From positions 1-42,249 of the IMG/VR virus record IMGVR_UViG_3300021400_000028: DNA of 42,249 nt. One strand, 5' to 3'. Origin of the DNA: a virus (lineage: Duplodnaviria; Heunggongvirae; Uroviricota; Caudoviricetes). The notes beneath the pieces were generated by a model. That model did not search any database. It was given only the letters and a program-made list of their open reading frames with translations, and was not told where the DNA came from. A program made the position numbers and the translations under genes. This document shows, piece after piece, positions 17,892-29,210 of the stretch (positions are counted from its first letter, which is position 1; every line of letters begins with the position of its first letter).

Positions 17892-19482
17892 ATTAACAGA
17901 ACATCTATTGTTTTTGAAGAAAGGCGGAGGAATACATATAAAAAAGAAAAATCGTGGTAAATTCACAGACTATTGTGGAGGTACTGTTACAGAAGAATGT
18001 ATTAGAAGAGGAAAGAATTCATCTAATCCAACTACACGTAAGAGAGCTACCTTTGCAGCTAATGCCAGACGCTGAAAGCATCAACAGGGTGGTATTATTT
18101 ATACTTCACTAACTCCTACAGAAGAACAATCGTTCCAGAATTGATACAAAACATATTCAATGACACATGGTTTAAATTCAGATCCAGATAATCCAGAACA
18201 TTACTACGATTATCGTGGATATTGAAAAAATGATCTGGAACCACAATCATTGATATTTAATGAACATCTTCCTGATAAATGAAAATTACCAGGCCATCCT
18301 ACATACTCTAATGAATCCATTTATAAGGAAAATTTTGTTCCAACAATAGACAATCTGGCAGATTTTACAGGAGGATTCGAAACATATCGCGAACAACCAT
18401 ATGTATTAAAAACTTCTGATGGAAAAGATCAAGTTCTTGCTGGATATGGTAGTGCGAATCCAGAAATAATTCAACTTGCTCGTGAAGGAAAGTTAACAAA
18501 AGATATTGCAAGAAAAGAAATGATTAGACGTTTGCAAGCAGATTATGACGAGTGAGGAAAACAACTTCCTGAATTTAATAATCTTCCAGAAGAAGTTAAA
18601 TTAGCATTAGTTGATACATCTTATAATGGAAAAGGTGTTACAGGTACCATTAAGTCAAGTCCAAAATTAATACAAATGATTAAGTCTGGCGTAACTAATG
18701 GAAAACAATTAGCATCTCAAATGGACCATTCAAAAACTTCTGGTGGCTGACTGGGGGTTCGTTCTTCTGCACGTAGAGCTATGGCACAAGGAAAATACAA
18801 TTGAAATTGGGATACTTTAGATAAATACGGAAGACAGGTTGATTATGATCAATATAAAGGACCCCAAGATTATAAATCTTCACCTTATTATCAGAAATAT
18901 CAGTGGGGTGGGTTGGTTTATTCTCCATTTAATGTAAAATCTATTACAAAACAAGATAATCCACAAGATGAAGATATTTCCGAATATATTCGTAGAAGTG
19001 AAGACATTTTTCCAGTAGAACCTGTTCGTGTTTGAGGTGTTCCTGAATTAACCTTTAACAATAATGTTGAAAAACCAGAAATAACTCGTGGAATAACTGA
19101 ATATAAAACAGATAATATAGATGTTGGAAATATGCGTGAATTCCTAGATAAACTTGAAGAAAATGGAATCTCTGTTAGAGTTACGTCTGGAACAGAAAAC
19201 AGAAAAACGAAACAAGGCAAAAGATCTAGACATTCTACTGGAGATGCAATTGATATAACACCTATTAAAGGCCAAACATTTGCTGATTTAGTAAATCAAA
19301 TCAAATCAAAACCGGATTTATTAGATTGAATGCGAGAAAATAGAATTGGAATTATAGATGAAACCGATCCTTATATAAAAACACTTACTGGTGCTACAGG
19401 AGACCATTTTCATGTATCTAAAGACATAAATGGTAGAGGAGAAGTTTTAGCAATAAATGGATTTAAAAAATTATTTGGATAA
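17863..19482 (+). CDS. Multidomain peptidoglycan hydrolase: GH24-like lysozyme plus peptidase M15, ~539 aa (TGA=Trp)
   Basis: One frame with 9 TGA; lysozyme-like FETYREQPY..AGYGS..LALVDTSYN; M15 zinc motif SRHSTGDAIDI...HFHVS; start may be 17875. Confidence 0.8.
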
Positions 19483-19488
19483 AAAAAT

Positions 19489-19522
19489 AAATCCCAGCCT
19501 CAATTAAGAGGTTGGGATTTTT
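19489..19522. terminator. Bidirectional terminator
   Basis: AAATCCCAGCCTC..GAGGTTGGGATTT with A- and T-tracts between convergent genes. Confidence 0.8.
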
Positions 19523-19535
19523 AGTTTATTGTAGA

Positions 19536-20036
19536 TTAAAACGATCCTTGTTCTAAAATATAATATGTTTTTTCGTTAAGTATAACACTTTTAAAATTTA
19601 CATGATTGTTATCATTATAATTAAAATTTCCTGATTCGTCAATACCCATAAACATTTCATGATTAGACGTATTTGGAAATTGCGGAATATTAGTATACAA
19701 CGCAATTAAATTCTTTCCATCAAATCCTTCATTAAAGGCTTCCATTAATTCAGAATACGAATATATTTCTGGAGAGTCTCCAATTTTTCAAAAATCAGGC
19801 ATAACTTCAATTTGAAGTTGTTCTATTTCTTGTAGAAATTCTGCAAATTTTGAATAATCTTTAATAGACCCAGACATCTCAATTTCTTCTCAATCTGCAT
19901 CATGGACATATAATTTACCATCTGGTTTTGCTCAGATATAATTCTTAGGTGGTTCTGTATTGGATTCGAATATAACTGTTTCCTTTATCCCATCAGGTAT
20001 CTGTTCACCTGACATAAATTTCTTTAAATTACTCAT
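19536..20036 (-). CDS. Hypothetical protein, 166 aa (TGA=Trp)
   Basis: ATG 20036 is in frame with ORF 19536..19745 through TGA; EPPKNYIWAKPDGKLYV motif. Confidence 0.65.
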
Positions 20037-20039
20037 TTA

Positions 20040-20351
20040 TTATTCTCCATTTGTTTGTTCCGGCATATTAACGGATTCATAATCAAGAATCATATCGTTA
20101 ATAGCATCTAATATGTTATCTAATTTTGTGGCTAACGTATCTAACTTTGTTGCAACAGTATCTAATTTTGTAGATAAAGCATCTACAGAATTCTTAACAT
20201 TCTCTGTTTTAGTATTATTCGTTTGTACAAGTTTACGAACTTCCTCTTCTTTTGCAACACTTGCTGAAATAGATGCTTCCATTGCATCTTTTATATTTGT
20301 TCCTTCTGTAAGATTATAAATTAATCTTGCAATATTTTCTTCTACAGTCAT
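20040..20351 (-). CDS. Coiled-coil protein
   Basis: TKLD heptad repeats; ATG 20351 follows the stop of the upstream gene. Confidence 0.7.
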   Translation of the reverse strand: MTVEENIARLIYNLTEGTNIKDAMEASISASVAKEEEVRKLVQTNNTKTENVKNSVDALSTKLDTVATKLDTLATKLDNILDAINDMILDYESVNMPEQTNGE

Positions 20352-20352
20352 T

Positions 20353-20646
20353 TTATATTCCAATTATATTGTAAAGTATCTGATAGTATCAAGGCATAGG
20401 ATAATTTAAATCAGTATCTTGAGTTCTTTCTCTTTTAAAACCAATCTTATACAATCTATTGTGTGTACGTCATTCAGAAATCAAATTATTTCATTTACGC
20501 TTAAACACATTACATTCTGGATGATTGTGCTTAATAGCATATAATAATTCAGACATTTCTGAACGGGTTTCTATTTTATAGCTGTTTTCAATATTAATAT
20601 TATTATCTGTAATTGTACAAACTAAGTCTTTATGAATTTCTTTCAT
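20353..20646 (-). CDS. Conserved hypothetical protein, 97 aa (TGA=Trp)
   Basis: EWRTHNRLYKIGFKRERTQDTDL motif with W encoded by TGA; TAATG overlap upstream. Confidence 0.7.
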
Positions 20647-21110
20647 TATATAATCTCTATAGTTATCTTTTCTCCACGGTTATGAGCATTTTTAAGCTCT
20701 TTATATAGGTTTGTGAATGTATCTCTAGACTGTGTTAGACGCCCTTTGATCGTATTCTTTCCAACGAGCAAACATCCGGCACTGTCGAGTGCTGATGAGC
20801 CACTATGAATCAATATACCGTCAAATCCAGGTACGTTCTTAAGTCTGGGCATAAAACCTCCACACAATGCGTTAATTCAGGATACTTTTGAATACTTTTG
20901 TGATTTGACTGTCATTAATACTTCATATTTTCCGGTAGGTATTGCTGTTTCCGAAGGTACTTTTGCGGATTTAATGTAAGATAATGGTTGGGTTGATTTT
21001 AATCCACGATCTTTATCTTCTAATGTATTACAAAAGAACTTTCCGTTAATATAAAGATTACCAATTGTATAAGTATCTTTCTTTCATTTTCTATCTACTT
21101 TAATTTCCAT
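20646..21110 (-). CDS. DUF5675-family protein (putative endolysin, transpeptidase-like fold), 154 aa (TGA=Trp)
   Basis: MEIKVDRKWKKDTYTIGNLYINGKFFCNTLED...TAIPTGKY...GILIHSG...SAGCLLVG. Confidence 0.85.
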
Positions 21111-21112
21111 AT

Positions 21113-21481
21113 CTAAGGTCTTTTAAAAATATATTTAAAGGATGAGAATCTTTTACGTGTGTATAAATATGACGAATCATTTTGAAAAGCATATGCTTCT
21201 CTTTCTCATGATAATTCTCTATATGGATTTTGTCCTCAGAAATATAAAGGAAGTTTAAATATTCATTCCAACCCATATAAAAGATAGAAAAACACGTAAC
21301 CGAAGTTCTTTAATCCAAAATCTAATGCTTGCTGATGATGTATGTTCTCATGTGTTCATGTAGATGATGAAATGGGCTGACCCCTGTATTCACTTCTAAC
21401 AAACATTGTTCCAAAAAAGGTCATAGCCTTAAAACCCTTAAATGGAATTATACTGCTGTATTTTACTTTTAAATTTTCCAT
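21113..21481 (-). CDS. HExxH zincin-like membrane-associated protein, 122 aa (TGA=Trp)
   Basis: IPFKGFKAM..HENIHHQQ..FYLLYGLEW..EREAY. Confidence 0.75.
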
Positions 21482-21503
21482 AACATTTAATTTTTAATTT
21501 TTG

Positions 21504-21552
21504 CAAATTTAAAGAAAAAATTTGGAATTTACAAATTTTTTTTGTAATTTAG
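21504..21552. promoter_or_regulatory. Overlapping divergent Bacteroidota promoters
   Basis: Minus: TTTG(21535-21532)-N20-TAAATTTG(21511-21504); plus: TTTG(21521-21524)-N20-TAATTTAG (one mismatch). Confidence 0.65.
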
Positions 21553-21616
21553 CGGCGAAAATGGAAGAATGTCGATAAGTAATGATATAAAAATTTTTTA
21601 AATTATTTGACTCAAA

Positions 21617-22009
21617 ATGGAATGAACAACTATAATAGTAGCAATTGTTGGAGCTTTAGCTGGAGGCGGATTGGTCTCATTACTTACAATTCGCGAAACT
21701 AAAAAGGGAAAACAATTAGAAAATAAAGAAAAAGAAGATAATCGTTGATCAAAATTATGTGATGAACTTCAAGATCAAATAGAAAGTTTAAATGAACGCT
21801 TAGTTAAAAAGGATGAAAGAATTACTGATTTGGAAGATACGAATGCAGCTTTACATATTAAATTAGATGAAAGTAATACTGCTTTAGCAAAGGCAACACT
21901 GCTTAAATGCAGTAAATTGGCCTGTAAAGACCGAATTCCTCCGTTAGGTTATTCAGAACTAACACCAGAAGAAGTAATTCGTTTTAATAAGCAAATGGAA
22001 CAAGAGTAA
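21617..22009 (+). CDS. Membrane-anchored coiled-coil protein (holin- or spanin-like), 130 aa (TGA=Trp)
   Basis: MEWTTIIVAIVGALAGGGLVSLL transmembrane segment, coiled coil, C-terminal CSKLACKDRIPP; TGA is codon 3. Confidence 0.7.
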
Positions 22010-22042
22010 AAGATGATTTTATAATGTTTATGTTAATGATTT

Positions 22043-22993
22043 ATGCCTAAATTACAAAACAACACACAACAAAGAGAACTATTTGGATATAGTGTAGACA
22101 AAGAAAATAACGAAGTGTTTTTCAATGATGAAAAGCACGTTTATTTAGATAAACTTACAGGAGAACCATACATATCGGTTACTACCTTAATTAGTAAATA
22201 TGAAAATGAGTTTAACGAAGCTTTCATGTCTAAATATAAAGCATTAGAAGCTTTAGCAGATCCAGATCATTTCAGTTTAGTAAAACCTGGACTTTTAGCA
22301 ACACAAATTTGAAGACCTGAATTACTTGATAAACTTAAAATAGACGCTTCAGAATTCGAAAGTAAAGTAAAAGAAATTCTAGATTCGTGACATACTACTA
22401 GAGATGAGGCGTGCAGTCATGGAACTTGAGTTCATTCACTCATGGAGACTTCATTTTACGGAAAAAGTAATTTTGATTTATCTGATTTTGATTGTCCAGA
22501 CATCTGTGGTAGTTATAAGTGTATTGAAGGTTATTATCCTCGTAAACTTGAGGAGGGAATTTATCCAGAATACCTTGTGTCTTGAGTATCTCCAGAGGGA
22601 TTACACATTAGTGGTCAAATAGACTTATTAATACGTAAAGGAAACGATTTATATGTGTTAGATTATAAAACGAACAAAGAAATAAAGAAAAAGAGCTTTT
22701 ATAATGCATCTAAAAAGCGTAACACAATGATGAAGTATCCTTTAAACAACATAATGGATTGTAACTATTGACATTACACACTTCAGCTTAGTTTATATGC
22801 TTATATGATAGAAAAGATTAATTCTGACATAAACGTAAAAGAACTTAAGCTTGTGCATATCGATAGAAACGGAAAACAAACAATTTATCCTTTGGAGTAT
22901 CGTAAAGATGATGTTGAACGCATGATAAAACACTATGCTAAAGAATTAAAGACTAAAGAAGCGTTAAATAGAGACATACCTTATATTATATAA
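22043..22993 (+). CDS. PD-(D/E)XK exonuclease, 316 aa (TGA=Trp)
   Basis: YISVTT, HGTWVH, SGQIDLL..VLDYKTNK and YTLQLSLY motifs in one frame. Confidence 0.85.
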
Positions 22994-22999
22994 TATATT

Positions 23000-23230
23000 A
23001 TGGAACCTTTTGTAGAAGAGAGACTTAAAATATGTAATGAATGCTTATTGGCTAGAAAGAATAGATTTAATGAAATAAGATGTGATTCTACTAAGTACAT
23101 GAGTCCTGATGGATCTAAAGTTTCTTATCTTCCAAAAGCAGGTTGAATAAATGGTTGTGGTTGTTTGATTAACATTGCTGCAACTAATAAAAATAAAAAA
23201 TGTGTTGCGGGGAAATGACCAGAATCATAG
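23000..23230 (+). CDS. Cys-rich DUF6171-like protein, 76 aa (TGA=Trp)
   Basis: RLKICNEC...GCGC...CVAGKW. Confidence 0.7.
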
Positions 23231-23421
23231 GATGAATTATTAGAGTTATTCATGGTTGGTACAATTGATTATTTACCAAGCCAAACGAAGAAACAATTAG
23301 ACGTAGAAAGATATGTGGAGAATGCGAATATAATAAAAAAGGCATATGTCAAATCTGTGGATGTGTGATTAAAGCTAAAACGGCTTCTCCTAATGAAAAA
23401 TGTTTAAAAGGTAAATGATAA
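23215..23421 (+). CDS. Cys-rich DUF6171-like protein, 68 aa (TGA=Trp)
   Basis: RRKICGEC..CQICGC..AKT..CLKGKW*; terminal W encoded by TGA, followed by TAA. Confidence 0.7.
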
Positions 23422-23828
23422 TGGATAAAATGGAAGAACTGTTGCAAGATAATGCAACAACAATTATAGAAAACAATTTAGATGGAATTTACGAAGGTGA
23501 ATGTGAATTGATTCCTTGTAATGCAACAGTAGTTATAAAACCTTATGATGTTAATCCTTATAGAAAGATAGATACTACTGCATCGGGACTTATAATTGGA
23601 ATTGAAAGCGACAAAACATACAAATCAAATGAAACTGGAGAGATTGAACAGAATAACGAAGTCATTCGCTGTGGTAAAGTTATAGCAGTTGGTCCAGCTT
23701 GTAAAAATGTTGAAGTTGGAGATGATGTTTATTTTACTACTTTTTCAATGACTGTAATTCCGTTTAGAAAGCAGGGCTTAGTCGCAGTTACTGAAAATCT
23801 CCTTATATGTAGAATAATTAGAAAATAA
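23421..23828 (+). CDS. groES: GroES/Cpn10-like co-chaperonin
   Basis: IPCNATVVIKP, TASGLII, GKVIAVGP, VEVGDDVYF; start 23421 or 23415. Confidence 0.8.
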   Translation: MDKMEELLQDNATTIIENNLDGIYEGECELIPCNATVVIKPYDVNPYRKIDTTASGLIIGIESDKTYKSNETGEIEQNNEVIRCGKVIAVGPACKNVEVGDDVYFTTFSMTVIPFRKQGLVAVTENLLICRIIRK

Positions 23829-24064
23829 TGAATATGGAAATAGACAAATGTTTTTATAGTGCTGGAGACCTTGTTCAGGTTAAGCACGATATAGAATTTA
23901 AACCTGTTATGTGGATTGTTGAAAAATGTCAACGGCACATAAAGAACAGTGATACAGGAGATTATGAAAGTTGCTTTATAGGAATGAAATGTCGTTGGTT
24001 TAATGCTAATGGAGATCTTCAGGAAGCAATTTTCAATACAAAGGATCTTGAATTAGTAAAATAA
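23828..24064 (+). CDS. DUF2158/YodC-like small protein
   Basis: GDLVQVK..PVM..CRWF..LQEAIF..DLELV. Confidence 0.7.
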   Translation: MNMEIDKCFYSAGDLVQVKHDIEFKPVMWIVEKCQRHIKNSDTGDYESCFIGMKCRWFNANGDLQEAIFNTKDLELVK

Positions 24065-24066
24065 TC

Positions 24067-25713
24067 ATGTTTAAAAATCCTATAAAGAAATATCAAAATG
24101 GCGGGTCTGTAAATCAGAATCAAGCAATGCAACAAGTGGTAGAGTTTATTTCACAAGTTGCTAAGGTTTCGCCAGAAGAAGTAATGGCTACTTTAGATAA
24201 AATAAAGGGAGATGAAGACGCAATAAACGCTCTATCTCAGGCTTTGGAACTTGCAAAGAATAATGATGAACGCGGATTTCAAGCTATTCAATTAATGTTT
24301 AATCCTAAAACAAACACACAGTTCGCAAAAGATGGAGGTAAACTTCATGATTTTATTTGCAAACATGCTAAAGGTGGTTATGTAGCAGGTTGTGGATGTA
24401 AAGAAGATGGAGGAAAAGTTGATAACAAAGGTTATACAGCACAAGTAAATGCTCCTGGAGATACTACAAGAACCAAACAATATAATTATAGACAAGAGAT
24501 TATGCAAACTTATCCTGATGGTTCTGTAAGATATACTACTAGAACTACAGGTGGAGAACCAACTGAAATTCATACATGAGGTCCTGAAGGCATTCCTAAT
24601 ATTTGAAGAAGACTGTGATTTGGTAATAGACAAGCAAATCCAGAAACGGTTGATAATTGGCGTAATATTATTGCTAATCATCCAGAAGATCCAAGAAACG
24701 TATTAAATCAGGAAAATGGTGGAGTTGTTAAAGCGGAAGAAGGTACAGGCTTGTCAAGAAAAGAAGCTTTAGAACAATCAAAAGCAACACACGGTTACAA
24801 TAATGCACAAGCTCAAACGGCATATATAAATGCAAAAAATGCTTTAAGACGACAAGGACTTCGTGGTAGTGCTCTAAAACAGGCTGCTAGAGAAATGATT
24901 GCTAAATCTCAAAGTCAGAATAATCCAATTCAATCTGTTGGTGCACCATCGATTCTTCAGAGTACTTTATCTACTCCACAGATAAAACCTAATGTTCCAG
25001 AAGCAAAACCTATTAATTATGATAATATGTCGTTTGGTGAAGCCTTCAAGATTGCAGCAGCTAAAGCTGATAATGGTGAACCAAAAACATTTATATGAAG
25101 AGGTAAATCTTATGGAACAAGAAAAGCTTCTGGTCCGAAGCTTCCAGTAATATCTGATGATATTGAAATAGAATATCCAGAAATTGATCTCACTATACCT
25201 GAAATAAAAGTTGAACAATTACACGTTCCGATAATGGGCACTACTCCTGCGGCAAGAAGTATTCGCACCATAAACACAACTCCTTTTGTTGATAGTATTT
25301 CTGGTGCTGGATGAGTTGTATCAAGAGTTCCGATTAGAACAACTTCAACTAATAATTCTAATCGAACGCAACCTCGTCCAACTACAGGTCCTATGAAAAG
25401 TGTTCAAACAACTGTTGGCACTGGATATTATCCTGTCAATACACGTGGCGATCTTGATACATTTGTTGGAAGATCTGAATATGAAATGAAACAACAGCTA
25501 AATCAAGATAACAAAGAAAGAATGCCTTCTTTGAGATGAGGAAGATGAGATTATCATCCAATGCAAGCTGTTGAGTCTAATATTCCTCGCGGACAAGTAG
25601 TAAGTCAAGCTCCAAATTTAATATATCGTAAGAAAGGTGGTATTGTTAAAGGTCAAGATGGTAGTGTTATTAATTATTATAAAAATAAACTTAATAACGA
25701 TTTTTTCGTTTAA
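24067..25713 (+). CDS. Modular protein with six KxGG motifs, 548 aa (TGA=Trp); probable virion cargo
   Basis: One frame to TAA 25711-25713; contains FGEAF...FIWRGKSYGT. Confidence 0.7.
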
Positions 25714-26057
25714 GGAACAGCTGGCATAAATTTACAGAATCGCCTGTAGGTAAAGTTACTAGTTTACTTGTGCCTCCAACAAATGCAACACAAGCCTTTG
25801 CTGTTCCTATTAGAATTCTACCAGATGGCACAAAAATAATTCCAGAAGGTGTTAAAGGTGCTTCTGCAAATGCACGTAAGGCCTTTAAACGAATTGATAG
25901 ATATTTAGATAGAAGCTCGGATCAAACAATTGAAACAAATAGAATTGTTAGAAATATGATTAGTGATGGACAACATGTAGATCCGTCTAAAGAACAATCT
26001 ATTTTTAAAGAAATTGCTCAGGGTAAAAAATTTTTATACGATAATTATTTAAAATAA
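25701..26057 (+). CDS. -1 frame extension of 24067..25713, or a separate GTG-start ORF from 25770
   Basis: Frame opens at 25698, just before T-TTT-TTC (25701-25707); stop overlaps the next ATG (TAATG). Confidence 0.55.
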   Translation, partial: FFRLRNSWHKFTESPVGKVTSLLVPPTNATQAFAVPIRILPDGTKIIPEGVKGASANARKAFKRIDRYLDRSSDQTIETNRIVRNMISDGQHVDPSKEQSIFKEIAQGKKFLYDNYLK

Positions 26058-26632
26058 TGCAAATCTTTATATTCGATAATACAACTAACTCTCTTCGAAT
26101 AGACGATTATAGCATATTATTAATAAAGGAATTCGCAAAATTATGAGAACCTGAAAGAAATAAATGTAAGGAAGATAAAAAAGGCGAGCAGCGAATTCGC
26201 GCTTTTAAAGAATTTACTTACATTTATTTGGTTCTTGATTTCAAATCACCTTATTTTAAATACTTGGAGAAAGATAAGCATGAAGCAGCATTATCTGATT
26301 CTGGATTAGAAGAATCCGACTTACAAGATGAAGATTTTCTTGCTGCTTTTAGAAAATATAGAGAGCTTCAAGAAGCGGATCCAATCCTATCTCTTATAAA
26401 AACTGCGTATCATACAATCTATAAAATGCGTGTTCATTTAGATAGTATTGATTTTAGTGAAGTTGATGCAGATGGTAAACCTATTTATAAGCCTAAAGAT
26501 GTAATTGGGGATCTAACGAGTATTAGTAAGATAAGAAGTGAATTACAAGCATTAGAAGAAATGCATAAAACTGGATTGGCTGCACAAGAAAAAACACGTG
26601 GAGATCAAACACCAGGTGCATTTGATTATTAA
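26057..26632 (+). CDS. Conserved protein upstream of terminase (candidate small terminase), 191 aa (TGA=Trp)
   Basis: ATG 26057 is in frame with 26228..26632 across one TGA; function inferred from position only. Confidence 0.65.
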
Positions 26633-26646
26633 TACGATGAAATAAT

Positions 26647-28875
26647 ATGGCTATTGATAATGTTACAGGTAAGAGAAAGAAGATACTTAAATCAGAAAAA
26701 GAACAAAAAGAAGAACGTTCTAGACGAGCTAAGTATGAAGAAGATTATGAAACTGCTTTAAAAAAACAATTATTTGAAGATTCTGTGCAAGTAACAGAAG
26801 AAAACGATGATTTTTTTGAAGATCACAGGGAAATGCATCATCAGAAAAGAAATGGAGATTGAGATGTTCCTATTACTGAAGAAATACATTACTTTGATCC
26901 AGAATTATCGTATGAGTTAACTGGATTCCGTCCAATTACAATGACGCAGGGGTTAGATTTTGATCCAGAACCTTTTACAGAAGCCGCTAGAACTTATGAA
27001 AGAACCGGCAAATATACAGAATTTCCAGAGGGAACGAAACCTTATAGAGATTATTGGAAGGAACAGTTTAAACGTTGTGTAGAAGGATACACAATTGGTA
27101 AATATAGAATAACTGGAGATCATTATTTCTTTTTAAACTTCTATAGAATGCAAACAGCTGTTCAGCAAAGCGCTAAAGCTGTTACAGGACGTAATGAATC
27201 ATTTCCAAGTTTTTTAGCAAAACAATATGAATTTTTTCATTATGTAGAAATGTGCGAATATCTTGGAATGGATGTATGTATGCTAAAAGCCCGTGGCTTA
27301 GGATTCTCAGAAATTTTAGCATGTCTTGGCGTGCGTCCTTTTACAACAACACGAGAATTTCGTACAGTTTATACGGCAGACTCTGATGCTCACCTAAATC
27401 CAACTCTTACCAAAGTATGAAAGCAGCTTAACTGACTAAATACAAACACTCAGGGCGGTATGAAACACCTTCGTCAGAAAATTGATAATATGTTTCGTAA
27501 AAGAGCATCTATGCTTAATGCACAGGGTGATGAATATGGACCAATGGCAGAAATCGAAGGAATTGTTGCCGATAATCCAACTAAAGTTAGAGGTGATAGA
27601 ACAGAAAGATTGATATTTGAAGAAGGTGGATCTAATAAAAATTTAATTACCTCTTGAGTTCAGGGAGATGCTCTTGTAAACCTCGGTGGTGTTAAAGTAG
27701 GTGTAAAAATCGTAGGTGGTACCGGAGGAGACTCAGGTCCCGCTCTTGCTGGACTATCTAAGATATTTAACGATCCAATGTCTTATAACGTACTACCATA
27801 TAAGCATTTTTATACAAGAGATGGCAGAGTACAATACTCTGGATTTTTTATTCCTGCCCACGAATTCTCTTTAAGACCAGAATACCTTGATTCTAGAGGT
27901 GTTACAAATAATGTAGAGTTTAAAAAATTCTACGAAAAAAAGCGGTCTGGAATGAAAGGTGAGGATGCAATAACATACGCTGCGGAAAACTGTTTTACTC
28001 CAGATGAAGCTTTGTTAAAACAGGGGGATAATTTATTCGATTCCGAATTAATATCTAATCAGTTAACATACATGGCTACAATTAAAGATTGTCCTAAACC
28101 AAAACCAATGGGCTTGTTATGAAAAGACGATACTCATAAAAAAGTTGAAGGTTTTAATGTTAGAGATAGTAAATTGCTTGTTTTAGAACCACCTCTTACT
28201 GACGGAAACGGTAATGTTTACAAAAATCTTTATGTAGCTGGCATAGACGGAATTGATCAAGCACAAAACGATTCGGCGTCAACAACAGATGTGTCTGATT
28301 TCTGTATTGTTATAAAAAAACGAGTGTTTGGAATGAACAACGGGCAATATGTAGCGGTTTATAAAGATAGACCTAAAAACATAGAGACCGCGTATGGTAT
28401 TGCTTGAAAATTACTTGTTTGATATAATGCCCAAGCAATTATAGAATATACAAAATTTGGTTTTGCTAAATTTTTAGAAAGAGAAAAACAATCTCATTTA
28501 CTAATGAGTCGTCCAGAATTTGCTGTTGCTGGAAAACAAACAAGACGAGGGCAAACAAAAAGATTAATTGGAATTCCATCATCGGTTCCTGTTATTGGAC
28601 ATGGCTTAGAATTAATTTCAACATATTTAAGTGATGGATGACAAGATATCTATTTTGAAGAAATGCTTTATCAATTGTTAAATTATTCTTTTGAAGATAA
28701 ACGCAAATTTGATATTATTGCAGCAATGGTTTGTGCAGAGATAGCAGACGAGGAATTAATGACAATTGTTCCTAGTAAAGCAACATCTACATCTTCACAA
28801 TGAAAAGATTTTGGATGGTACGTTAATGATAAAGGATATAGACAATTCGGGGTAATCCCAGATAAAAAATATTAA
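26647..28875 (+). CDS. terL: Terminase large subunit, 742 aa (TGA=Trp)
   Basis: ITGDHYFFLNF, Walker A LKARGLGFS, Walker B LIFEEGG, GGTGG, nuclease AGIDGID and KFDIIAAM; 9 in-frame TGA. Confidence 0.95.
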
Positions 28876-28880
28876 TAAAT

Positions 28881-29210
28881 ATGACAGAATTAGAACAAGA
28901 GGTTTTAGATATAATTGAACAAACAACTTGTTGTAAATATATCGGTAAATTAAAAGTTGATATATTCAATGATAATTATGAATGTGGAGATACGTGTAAG
29001 CAACTTAATGATACGATATATCAATTAAAATTATATTTGGACCGAGAATTTATACCAATGATATTTACATATGAAGGAAATGAAGAAGATTTTAAAGATT
29101 TTCTTCGTTGTGAATTTAAACGTAGAAAGATAGAGAAGACAAAATTTTTTAAAGTTGTTCGTGAACCAATTGTTCTTGATGAAGAATTAACTGAATGGGA
29201 CGATGAATAA
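28881..29210 (+). CDS. Hypothetical protein between terminase and portal
   Basis: 109-aa ORF overlapping the portal start. Confidence 0.75.
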   Translation: MTELEQEVLDIIEQTTCCKYIGKLKVDIFNDNYECGDTCKQLNDTIYQLKLYLDREFIPMIFTYEGNEEDFKDFLRCEFKRRKIEKTKFFKVVREPIVLDEELTEWDDE

